Source of the DNA: Alphaproteobacteria bacterium
GTDB taxonomy: Bacteria > Pseudomonadota > Alphaproteobacteria > Bin95
NCBI GenBank assembly: GCA_965205265.1
Contig: CBDBGH010000003.1
Coordinates: forward strand, 4,320,001 to 4,384,000
Length of the DNA stretch: 64,000 nt
Direction: 5' to 3'
Of this stretch, positions 49,577-58,306 are shown piece by piece. The translations under genes and the position numbers were made by a program. The notes below the pieces were generated by a model that had not been told where the DNA came from, searched no databases, and saw only the letters and a program-made list of their open reading frames with translations. Positions within the stretch are counted from its first letter, which is position 1, and every line of letters starts with the position of its first letter.

Positions 49577-52500
49577 TCAATGCCTCAATCGTCGTTCTAT
49601 CTGGACTTCCTCATCTTCCCGCCGCGCCCATCGGTCATAGTCGGAAGCGATATGTTCCAGAATGCTCCCGACGAAGGGAAAATCCGGGGCTCTCCGGCTC
49701 GCCCATTCCAGGTATTGCTGCGCAAGATTTCGTTCCTGTACTCCGCCCTCCCCGACAGCGCGTGTCGTGACCCCGCGGCCGTTGAAGACACCGACCGCGA
49801 ATCCCAAGCGGACGTCCTCCGATCCGATCTCCTCCAGCACTGCGCTTACGGCCGGGGAAGGCACTATGCCGTCTTCGCCGCCCGGCGCTCCAGACAGCAG
49901 CCGACCGATAAAGTCGTCGCCGAGTTTGGCGCGCCCGTATTTCGTACAGAGTTGCCGCGTCTCCGCGACCCACCGTCGCAACGCTTCCGCATCGACAGCG
50001 CCATCTTTTCCGATCCCGGGAATAGACTCGGTTCGTTGAAGGAGGCCATAAGCGCGTTTGGCGAACTCGCCTCGCATTTCTGGATTCCCGATCTGCCAGT
50101 CGGGCGGATCCTGGCCGTCATCATCCCGCTTGAACACGATGGCCAGGAGTTGAACGAAGTCGATGGGAGACTCCGCGATCCTGCGCTCCAGGTTGGGAAG
50201 GCCATGCCGGCTGTGTTCGAGTACCGGGAGGTACATGAATTCCAGCCCCACCATCTCGTCCCGATCGATATCGCTGCGGCGATCCAGCTCCTCGAAGGCA
50301 TTCGAGATATCGTGCGCCGCCGGGACATGACGATGGTCGGATTCGGCGTTGACGGTGCCGATTTCGTACAGAAGGCGCTTCAGCTGCGTCGTCCCAATCT
50401 TGGACCAGTCCAGATGCGCCGCAAAAAACGCGGGACGGGGCCGCTGCACATCCAGCAGCCGGTCGACCAATTCGGTCAACTCCGCATCGGTGCGGTGATG
50501 CCACTCAGGTTGGACTTGCCGCCAATAGTGCTCCCCGACGTCTTCGCCATATTCGTTCAGCAAACGCCATGTATGGCTGCGGACCGGGGCCATGCTGTAG
50601 AGCCGGGCGACCCTGTCCGGGTCGCTTCCCTCGGCAGTCGACGCAAGCAACGCGCCGCGGGCATCGTCGTCGACAGAACCCAGAAAGCCGCGAACGCACC
50701 ACTCGACCGTCTCCTGCAAAGGACCCGTGACGGACAGGCAGCCACCGAGAAAATCGACCTGGGCCCCGGCGTTCGCAATGTGGGGTTCTAGATATCCCCC
50801 GATGATCGAAGGCGCGCCGCAATCGGCAAGAAGCGCCATCACACCCTCGAACCCGCGTTCCTGCCATATCTCCTTCATGGCCTCATCGCGAAGCCGCCCT
50901 ATTCGCTGGTGATATGCTTCGTAATCGAGGTTTTCGTCGTTCTCGTCGGCCGAAGGTTCGATCCAGGAACCGGAAAACAGCCAACGGTGCCGGACAACCG
51001 GATCACGGGGCTCCAGCAGTTCATACGCGGCGCGCGCCCGGTCCAGTGCCTCTTCGCTCACGCCGCTCCGGCGGCTGCGGCGGGTCAGGGCGTGTTGGCG
51101 GATCCGTTCCCGGACAGCAGCCCTGGCCTTGTCGTCCGTTTCGCAAACCGCCCACTCTTCGATCAGGGTCCAGACCCGGTCGCGTTCTTCGTCGCCGAAG
51201 TCATGAAACAGTTCGACAAGCTCTCCGAGCGTCCCCTGATCGTGGTTCGGCCATGACAGCACCAAGCCGAGCGCTTCGCGTCTGAAACGGTCGAACTCGC
51301 CCCTCGTCACGCCGTGGCCCGCGCCCGAGGCGTCGCCGCGCCAGTAGGGGCGGTAGCTGGGAGATGCGAATTGAGGACCCGTCTTCAATTGCGCAACGCA
51401 CACCCGCCAGCCGACATTCGGACAGCAATTTACCAGCATCTGCAGAGATCGCATCCGTTCGTCGAGCGGAGCCGAGGTCTGCGGCAACCAGGAACGATAA
51501 AGCGCTTCGAGGCTGGCAATCGGCCTGTTTACCCAGTTGTCATCGATGGGAAACTCCGCCAGTCGCGCGAGTATCTTGCTCACACGCCCGAGATGCTGCC
51601 AGCCGAGGCACTCCAGCGCCCATAGCAGCCCGGATCGCTGCTGTCCGGGACCGAAGGGGCCGCCCTCGATGGGTTTCAGCAATCCGAAAACGGCCGGCTC
51701 GCTTTGCCGCAGGTCGGTCTCAATGAGCTGCAGAAAGGTATCCGGCGCGGCCTCCGCATAGGCCGGCAGATCGTCCAGATGCAACAGCAGCCGGTCAGTC
51801 GTCAAAGGTGTCAGCAGCTCCCGGATGAGAGACGAAACCCGGTCCGCTATATTCATGTCCGGCCGGTCACGAAACAGGTTGCCTCCATGAAGGGAAAGCA
51901 GCGTCAGCGCTTCGCAAATGCCCTTTCTGAGGGCCGACGAGTGGTTGCGCGTCTTCCCGTGCAGGGCGGCGGTCCATCTTTCGCCTTCCGGCAGATCGAG
52001 GGCGGGGTCGGGTTCGGACAGCACGCGCTGGGCTGCCGAAAAGAAATTGTCGAGGTCCGGGCCGGTGACGAATCCGGCGATGCCAAAGAGCGCGTCGATC
52101 TGCGATACCACGCCCCGATGGGAGCCTGTCGACCAAAGGGGCGAATCCGGCAAGTTCAATAATTCCGCGACATGGATTTCGACCTCGCCGTCATCGTCCG
52201 TTCGCGCCAGGGCACGGACAACTTCGCAGTCGGCGGCAGAATCGCGGCGCCAGGCTCCGAGTAGTGCGGCCGGCAACAACTTTCCGGCGATCGACGGGTC
52301 CTTCGCCCAGTCTGGGGCCCTGACGCCCGGGATCTCGGAGAGACGCCGTCGCAGAACGGCGGGCGAGCGGCCCGACTCCCGGGCAAGCCTGTCAATGTCG
52401 TCCCGGGACAGCCCCATCGCGTCCAACGCCTCGGAAAACTCTTGCCAGCCCGGAAGACCGAGCCGGATGTCGGGTTGGCGGTCCACGTCATTGCCCGGCC

Positions 52501-53653
52501 GCACGACGATGCAATGACAGCGCCGATACAGGCCCCCGAGCTCCGCTTCGACTTGGTCACGGTGAACGATGGCTATGCGCGGCGCCGCATCGGATCGTCG
52601 AAACCGGCGGACGGCTTCGGCCGTGTCGAATACGAGCCCGCGGGCAGCCGGCTCCTCCGTCCCGGAAGTCGCCTCCCGGACAAGATGACAGGCAAAGGCA
52701 AGTGCGTCGCCAGGAGAGTCTGCCGCGACGACGAAAGGCCTCTCCGGTGGCGAAGCCAGCCAGCGTCGAAAGTCCTCGATCGAGCCATGGGCCACCGAAA
52801 ACAGCCCCGACGTCAGTGCCGGCTTACAGGCGTCGGCCCAGTCCGACCAACCCATGTCGGGCGAACGATAATCGCTCATCGGGTTGCCGAGCCGCTCGGC
52901 GAACCAGATCTGCGTCTCCGCCGATTGCTCAAGCCACTGTTCGAGATCGCTCGCGTCATAGGCGCGAACATCTCCCCATTCCTTCAGGGTCGCTTTTTCG
53001 GTCGCCCATTTCTCCTTTCCCCGCCAATCGTGTGGTGTGACGAAAACGAAGGTCGTGTCGCGCCGCTCGTCGGAGGGTACGGTCCTGACGCGTTGCGCGT
53101 AGTCGCTATTCGCCTTGGACACCGGCCTTGCGTCGCAGCCGAACTCCCAGAGAGATCGACCTGCAGGTATCCAGGCGCTCGGTATCGTCGTTTCGACCTG
53201 TCCGTCCGGACCGGGTCTCTGGGCATTGTCAAAGGCGGGAAAATCGGCACGGGTAAGCCCGACCCCGGTCGCCCGGACAAGCCGTCGCAACAGTGCCGGC
53301 AACTCTTCGCGGGCTCGCGTTCCATCGGCCCACTCGCTGATTTGACTTGCCTTGATTTCAACCAGGGTCGGCGCATTCCGCTCGGCAACGACGAGCGCGC
53401 GTAGCGCCTCCTGCCGGCGGTCGTGCTGAGCCTGAAGATTCAGCAGGTGTTCCCTGTCTGCCTCGAAGACCTGCTCCAGCCTTCGCGCCATGTCCTGCGA
53501 CAGGGACGCCTTGCCGCTCAGGAAGGTGGACAATGCCGGTCGCCCGATCCCGAGCAAGGCGGCGGCCTTCGTGACGGTCATGTCCTTCAATACATGCTGC
53601 CTGACATATGGACCGGGATGCAGTGGCTCGCCCGGTTGATTGCTCTTGGCCAT
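49577..53653 (-). CDS. 1358-aa protein: HigA-type HTH, restriction-endonuclease-like domain and long helical region (putative defence protein)
   Basis: AGGAGG RBS; LHPG..VRQHVL...VTKAAALLGIGRPALSTFLSGK HigA HTH; GPDG...WEFG...FVFVTP...VRAYDASDLEQWL nuclease-like pattern. Confidence 0.75.
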   Translation of the reverse strand: MAKSNQPGEPLHPGPYVRQHVLKDMTVTKAAALLGIGRPALSTFLSGKASLSQDMARRLEQVFEADREHLLNLQAQHDRRQEALRALVVAERNAPTLVEIKASQISEWADGTRAREELPALLRRLVRATGVGLTRADFPAFDNAQRPGPDGQVETTIPSAWIPAGRSLWEFGCDARPVSKANSDYAQRVRTVPSDERRDTTFVFVTPHDWRGKEKWATEKATLKEWGDVRAYDASDLEQWLEQSAETQIWFAERLGNPMSDYRSPDMGWSDWADACKPALTSGLFSVAHGSIEDFRRWLASPPERPFVVAADSPGDALAFACHLVREATSGTEEPAARGLVFDTAEAVRRFRRSDAAPRIAIVHRDQVEAELGGLYRRCHCIVVRPGNDVDRQPDIRLGLPGWQEFSEALDAMGLSRDDIDRLARESGRSPAVLRRRLSEIPGVRAPDWAKDPSIAGKLLPAALLGAWRRDSAADCEVVRALARTDDDGEVEIHVAELLNLPDSPLWSTGSHRGVVSQIDALFGIAGFVTGPDLDNFFSAAQRVLSEPDPALDLPEGERWTAALHGKTRNHSSALRKGICEALTLLSLHGGNLFRDRPDMNIADRVSSLIRELLTPLTTDRLLLHLDDLPAYAEAAPDTFLQLIETDLRQSEPAVFGLLKPIEGGPFGPGQQRSGLLWALECLGWQHLGRVSKILARLAEFPIDDNWVNRPIASLEALYRSWLPQTSAPLDERMRSLQMLVNCCPNVGWRVCVAQLKTGPQFASPSYRPYWRGDASGAGHGVTRGEFDRFRREALGLVLSWPNHDQGTLGELVELFHDFGDEERDRVWTLIEEWAVCETDDKARAAVRERIRQHALTRRSRRSGVSEEALDRARAAYELLEPRDPVVRHRWLFSGSWIEPSADENDENLDYEAYHQRIGRLRDEAMKEIWQERGFEGVMALLADCGAPSIIGGYLEPHIANAGAQVDFLGGCLSVTGPLQETVEWCVRGFLGSVDDDARGALLASTAEGSDPDRVARLYSMAPVRSHTWRLLNEYGEDVGEHYWRQVQPEWHHRTDAELTELVDRLLDVQRPRPAFFAAHLDWSKIGTTQLKRLLYEIGTVNAESDHRHVPAAHDISNAFEELDRRSDIDRDEMVGLEFMYLPVLEHSRHGLPNLERRIAESPIDFVQLLAIVFKRDDDGQDPPDWQIGNPEMRGEFAKRAYGLLQRTESIPGIGKDGAVDAEALRRWVAETRQLCTKYGRAKLGDDFIGRLLSGAPGGEDGIVPSPAVSAVLEEIGSEDVRLGFAVGVFNGRGVTTRAVGEGGVQERNLAQQYLEWASRRAPDFPFVGSILEHIASDYDRWARREDEEVQIERRLRH

Positions 53654-53902
53654 GGTTCGGCCTCCTGCGTCTTGTTTCGTCCAACATAGCGTTGCCTGTC
53701 GCGCAATACAAGACAAAAACACAATCTGCTGTTGTATGGTTCATCAAGGCCAGGAGCGTGGCGCTACCTTCGGCGACTAAGCTGCATGTGCCGGGACTGG
53801 AAAGAGTGCGTGACGCCGTCCGTAGAATGGTGGAAACAAAGCAAAGCCGGGGGGCCACCGCGCTTGAGCGTACGACCAAGGGGAAGACGGCGACGCCCGC
53901 GA

Positions 53903-54352
53903 TCAGCCGAGCAGCTGCGGCGCGTTCTCCATCCACCTGCGGAACTGCCGTTCGATCACCGGCGCATGGTCGGCGCCGAATGCCTCCGCCAGCAGCGGCC
54001 CGAGCTCGTCCTGCCGGCCCTGCCGGACCATGTCGCGCAGCACCGTCATGAGCAGCAGCTCCACCGATTGCCGGAGCCGTTCGATGGAATTCCCGCGCGG
54101 ACCGGCCGCCGCCAGCGCGTTTTCCGCCATGCGGGCAACCCGGTCGAACAGAAGCCGCTGCTCCGCCTCGGAAAGAACAAGAGCTGGCCCGGACAACGCC
54201 TTCGGGTCGAGTTCGACGGTCAGCCCCGCCGAAATCATGTGTTCGTTGATCGAGACGCCGCGCCGCTCCGCAATCTCCCGGCTTCGCTCCCAGTCCAGGT
54301 CGGAGCATGAGATGGTCAGCCGTACCCGCTCCCCCGAACCGCGCGCCCTCAT
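53903..54352 (-). CDS. ribbon-helix-helix (MobC-like) protein 3
   Basis: RVRLTISCSDLDWERSREIAERRGVSINEHM; ATGA overlap with the upstream gene. Confidence 0.65.
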   Translation of the reverse strand: MRARGSGERVRLTISCSDLDWERSREIAERRGVSINEHMISAGLTVELDPKALSGPALVLSEAEQRLLFDRVARMAENALAAAGPRGNSIERLRQSVELLLMTVLRDMVRQGRQDELGPLLAEAFGADHAPVIERQFRRWMENAPQLLG

Positions 54353-54678
54353 CGGTCCGTCCCGTCCGAACGGCGCTCCCAAAGCTCGCGCTGGATAAAC
54401 GCGATCGCGCCGAACAGCGAAAGGTCCGTGCCGGGAAGTGCCTCGTGCAAGGCACGATGGACGGCGTCCATCCGCGCTACCCGGTCATGCAATACCCGCT
54501 GTTCCTCCTCCGAGAGCACGAGCCGGGCTTTCTCGCGAGGCGGGGTGTCCGCATCCTCGTGCAGCGCGCAGGCTATCAGGAAGTGGGAAACCGGCATGCC
54601 CGCCTCCTCGGCCCTCTCCCTGATCGCAGCCTTCTCGACCGGTGTGCAGCGCAGGGTGCGGCGAACCAGCCTTGCCAT
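54349..54678 (-). CDS. ribbon-helix-helix (MobC-like) protein 2
   Basis: RTLRCTPVEKAAIRERAEEAGMPVSHFLIACAL; GAGG RBS. Confidence 0.75.
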   Translation of the reverse strand: MARLVRRTLRCTPVEKAAIRERAEEAGMPVSHFLIACALHEDADTPPREKARLVLSEEEQRVLHDRVARMDAVHRALHEALPGTDLSLFGAIAFIQRELWERRSDGTDR

Positions 54679-54685
54679 GGCCGCC

Positions 54686-55069
54686 TCAGGGCTGCGGCGC
54701 GGGGCCGCCCTCCGGATCGGCGCTGCCGGAAACCGCCTGCCAGCGCGCCGCTGCGCCGGGATCGGTCAGGCGGTCAAGGTCCCCCTCCCGGGTAAGCCAG
54801 GCATCGACGGCATCGCCGATAGCGGCCCAGCGGTCCCCCAGGTCGAGATCCTCCATGCGCTCCTGCTCTATCTTCGCCAGCACAAGCAGTTCGCGCACAG
54901 CGCGCCGCATGACGACGGCCGGCACGACCTCCGCCATGGTGGCCCGGTGAACGATGTAGCGCGAGATTTCCATGCCCGCCTCGTCGGCAAGCTCCCTGAT
55001 GCGCGCCCACTCGTTCGCCGTCGCCATCACCGCATGCTGGGTACGGCGGCCCCCCGGAGACCGGCTCAC
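54686..55069 (-). CDS. ribbon-helix-helix (MobC-like) protein 1
   Basis: GGAGG RBS and GTG start; HAVMATANEWARIRELADEAGMEISRYIVHRA. Confidence 0.65.
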   Translation of the reverse strand: MSRSPGGRRTQHAVMATANEWARIRELADEAGMEISRYIVHRATMAEVVPAVVMRRAVRELLVLAKIEQERMEDLDLGDRWAAIGDAVDAWLTREGDLDRLTDPGAAARWQAVSGSADPEGGPAPQP

Positions 55070-55439
55070 GACGACGCCTCCGCAACCGCCGTAGCCGTCG
55101 CCATTCCGATTTCTGCCGGCAAGTACCCTTGTATTTCTCCTGTATTGATTATCATATCTTCTCTCTCCCAAGTTGATTCGGTGCATCATCGCGATGGCCC
55201 TGACTACCTTCGAATCAGAGCAGCAATCATGCATCAAATTACCCTCTTTGCCTCCCCACGACAACGCATTATCGCTATTTCAGTTCCCCAAGTGCAATTG
55301 CCGCCTCCAAGACCTTCCATGTAGGTCATCATGATTGTGTGCCATTGCCTCTTGCCAATCCTGAAAATATGTTGTATTCAAGCTTCCTTCATGGGAGGAA
55401 TGAGACTCTCTGTCAGATAGTGCCCTACAGGCATAAATC

Positions 55440-56483
55440 TCATTTGAGATTTACACCGGCCTCGCCGATCACCCGGCCGCGGCGGTCGATCACGCGGACA
55501 TCGACGTCGGTGCCGCCGGCGAGCGCGGCGAGCGCGGTTTCGCGCGCCTGTTCGGCGATGCGCCGGGCGAGCGGCAGGTCTCCGGCGAGCGCCAGCACCG
55601 CGCCGGCGCTGTGGGCGCCGCTCGCGTCCGGGCCTCCGAGCGCCTCAAGTTCGGCGGCCAGGCGGGCAATGTCCACGGGCGCGCGGTCGGAATGCAGGTC
55701 CAGATGCCCCGCGGCGAGCTTGGAGAGCTTGCCGAAGCCGCCTGCGAGGCTGAGCCGCGCCACCGGCCGCCGGCGGAGATATTTGAGCAGCGCACCCGCG
55801 AAGTCGCCCATGTCGATCATGCCGTGGTCCGGCAGGCCGATCAGCGCCTGCAAGGCCGCTTCCGAGCCCCGCCCGGTCGCCGCACCGACATGGTCGAGAC
55901 CGGCGGCGCGCGCCACGTCCACGCCGCGATGCACCGCATGGATCCAGGCCGCGCAGGAATAGGGGATGACGACTCCCGTCGTGCCGAGCACGGAGAGCCC
56001 GCCGGCAATGCCGAGCCGGGCATTGGCTGTCTTGTGCGCCAGCGCCTCGCCGTCCTCTATGCCGATTTCGGCCTCGAAGTCCGCCCCGAGCCCGTATTCG
56101 TCCGCGACGGCGCGGAGATTGGCGGCGATGATGGCGCGCGGCCCCGGGTTGATCGCGGGCTCGCCGACCGCGAGCGGCAGGCCCGGCAGGGTGACGGTGC
56201 CGACGCCGGGTCCCGCGCGGAAATGCACGCCCGAGCCGGGCGAGGCGGGATGCAGGCGGGCGCGCACGATGGCGCCGTGGGTCGCATCCGGGTCGTCGCC
56301 GGCATCCTTCCTCACACCGACCCAATCCCCGGTTTCGGCAAGCGGGAAGGAGGCTTTCAGGCCGCGCGGCAGGTCTATCGCGACCGGGTCCGGCAGCCGC
56401 CCCGTGAGCAGGCGTTCGCAAGCGGCCCGCGCCGCCGCCGCCGCGCAGGCGCCTGTCGTCCAGCCCCGCCGAAGCTCCGCCAT
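55440..56483 (-). CDS. cbiD: cobalt-precorrin-5B C1-methyltransferase
   Basis: LRRGWTTGACAAAA, KDAGDDPDATHG, GVGTVTLPGL, N.RLGI.GGLSVLGTTG motifs. Confidence 0.95.
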   Translation of the reverse strand: MAELRRGWTTGACAAAAARAACERLLTGRLPDPVAIDLPRGLKASFPLAETGDWVGVRKDAGDDPDATHGAIVRARLHPASPGSGVHFRAGPGVGTVTLPGLPLAVGEPAINPGPRAIIAANLRAVADEYGLGADFEAEIGIEDGEALAHKTANARLGIAGGLSVLGTTGVVIPYSCAAWIHAVHRGVDVARAAGLDHVGAATGRGSEAALQALIGLPDHGMIDMGDFAGALLKYLRRRPVARLSLAGGFGKLSKLAAGHLDLHSDRAPVDIARLAAELEALGGPDASGAHSAGAVLALAGDLPLARRIAEQARETALAALAGGTDVDVRVIDRRGRVIGEAGVNLK

Positions 56484-56516
56484 GGCGGGAGTTTAACCCG
56501 GATTTCGCCGTTTATC

Positions 56517-56636
56517 TGCCCGGCTCGTTGTCCCGGCGAAGAGCGCCGTATCCCGGCCTCAGGATCGGCTTCCGATCCGTCTCCTCACCGGGATTGACCG
56601 ACGGCCGGGCCGCCTCCGAGCGGCCCGCTTTCTTTT
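56517..56636 (+). ncRNA. structured small RNA with intrinsic terminator (possibly BjrC1505-like)
   Basis: Ends pair (CCCGGC...TCCCGG with CCGGGA...GCCGGG); internal hairpins GCCG-TATCC-CGGC and GGATCGG-CTT-CCGATCC; GGGCCGC/GCGGCCC stem followed by a T-tract. Family name is from memory only. Confidence 0.55.
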
Positions 56637-56780
56637 GTGCGCCCATTACGCCGAGAGGGCCCTTGCGCGCGGAGGCGGTGGCATGCCAGAACCGGCTGCG
56701 ACCCTCTGGCCTGCCGGCTGCGTCTCGACCGGCGCGGCGGCACGGCCTATGTCTGGCGGCCCGCTGTCCGGAAAGGCCGC

Positions 56781-57335
56781 ATGCTCGCCCGTTTCCAGGC
56801 CCTGCCGCCCATCGCCCGGGGCATGTCCCCGATGGTCGCCACCACGATCTGCTTCACGGCGATGCACAACATGGCGCGCATGATGGGCGAGGCGCTGCCG
56901 CCCTTCGAGGTTGCCTTCTTCCGCAACCTGTTCGGTCTGCTGGCGCTCGTGCCCGTCTTCCTGTGCCACGGGGGCTGGATCCTGCTGATCGTCGCCGCCT
57001 CGGTCGCCCGGGGCCTGACGATTACCCTCGCGCCGGCGCTGTTCGTGTGGGAGTGGCCGGAGCCTGCGCACTATCCCTGGCTTGCAGCCATCGGCATCTT
57101 CGGCACCCTCGGCCACATCGCCTTCGCGCAGGCCGTCAAGCTCGCCGATTCGACGGCGGTGCTGCCGCTCGACTTCCTGCGGCTCATCTGGGCAAGCCCC
57201 GCCGGTTTCTTCCTGTTCGCGGAGGCGCCCGACGCGCTCGCCTGGCTCGGCGGCGCGGTTATTTTCGGCTCCGCCACCTATATCGCGATCCGCGAAAGCC
57301 GGCTGGTCCGGACCGCTTCCACCGACACGCGGTGA
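56781..57335 (+). pseudogene. internally deleted paralog of the adjacent DMT transporter
   Basis: N- and C-termini closely match 57342-58250; the central region is missing in frame. Confidence 0.75.
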
Positions 57336-57341
57336 AACCCG

Positions 57342-58250
57342 ATGCTCGCGCGCTTCCAGGCCTTGCCGCCCACCGTCCAGGGCATGTCGCTGATGGTCGC
57401 CACGACGCTCTGCTTCACGGCGATGCAGACAATGGTGCGGATGATGGGCGAGGTGCTCCCGCCCTTCGAGGTCGCCTTCTTCCGCAACCTGTTCGGCCTG
57501 CTGGCGCTCGCGCCGATCTTCCTTCGCCACGGCGCCGCGCCGCTGCGCACGGGGAAGCTGCACCTCCATGCGCTCAGAGGCGCGGTGCAGGCGGGCGGGA
57601 TGCTGGCCTTCTTCACCGGGGTCACGATGATCCCGCTCGCCGAGGTCACGGCGCTGTCCTTCTCCGCGCCGCTGTTCGGCAGCCTGCTGGCGGTGGTCCT
57701 GCTGGGCGAGGTCATCCGGGCGCGCCGCATCACGGCGCTGATCGCAGGCTTCGCCGGCGTGCTGCTGGTGCTGCGGCCGGGCTTTGCGGAGATCAGCACG
57801 GGCGCGCTGCTGATCGTTACCTCCTCGCTCACCTGGGGCATGGCGATCACCCTCATCAAGGTGCTGGCAAAGACCGAATCGAGCGTGACCCAGACCGTCT
57901 ATATGGGCCTCTTCCTCACCCCGATCACCTTCGTGCCGGCGCTGTTCGTGTGGGAGTGGCCGGCGCCGGAGCACTATCTCTGGTTCGCGGCCATCGGCAT
58001 TGTCGGCACGGTCGGCCACATCGCCTTCGCGCAGGCCGTCAAGCTCGCCGATTCGACGGCGGTGCTGCCGCTCGACTTCCTGCGGCTCATCTGGGCGAGC
58101 CTGGTCGGATTCTTCCTGTTCGCGGAGGTGCCGGACGCCCGGTCGTGGCTTGGCGGCGCGGTCATTTTCGGCTCCGCCACCTATATCGCCTTCCGCGAAA
58201 GCCGGCTGGCCCGGTCCAGGGCGGTTCGCGACGCTTCCACCGACACTTGA
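57342..58250 (+). CDS. DMT/EamA family transporter
   Basis: About 10 TM segments; AFFRNLFG, LLGE, LRPG, PLDFLRLIW motifs. Confidence 0.92.
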   Translation: MLARFQALPPTVQGMSLMVATTLCFTAMQTMVRMMGEVLPPFEVAFFRNLFGLLALAPIFLRHGAAPLRTGKLHLHALRGAVQAGGMLAFFTGVTMIPLAEVTALSFSAPLFGSLLAVVLLGEVIRARRITALIAGFAGVLLVLRPGFAEISTGALLIVTSSLTWGMAITLIKVLAKTESSVTQTVYMGLFLTPITFVPALFVWEWPAPEHYLWFAAIGIVGTVGHIAFAQAVKLADSTAVLPLDFLRLIWASLVGFFLFAEVPDARSWLGGAVIFGSATYIAFRESRLARSRAVRDASTDT

Positions 58251-58306
58251 ACAAGCCGCCAAACAACCCTATAATAACAACAAATTAGCACTTCGGAGTC
58301 ATTCCG

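Noticed and set aside
56484-56780. Cobalamin riboswitch upstream of cbiD
   Set aside because: No B12-box motifs on the minus strand; the structure and terminator are oriented on the plus strand.
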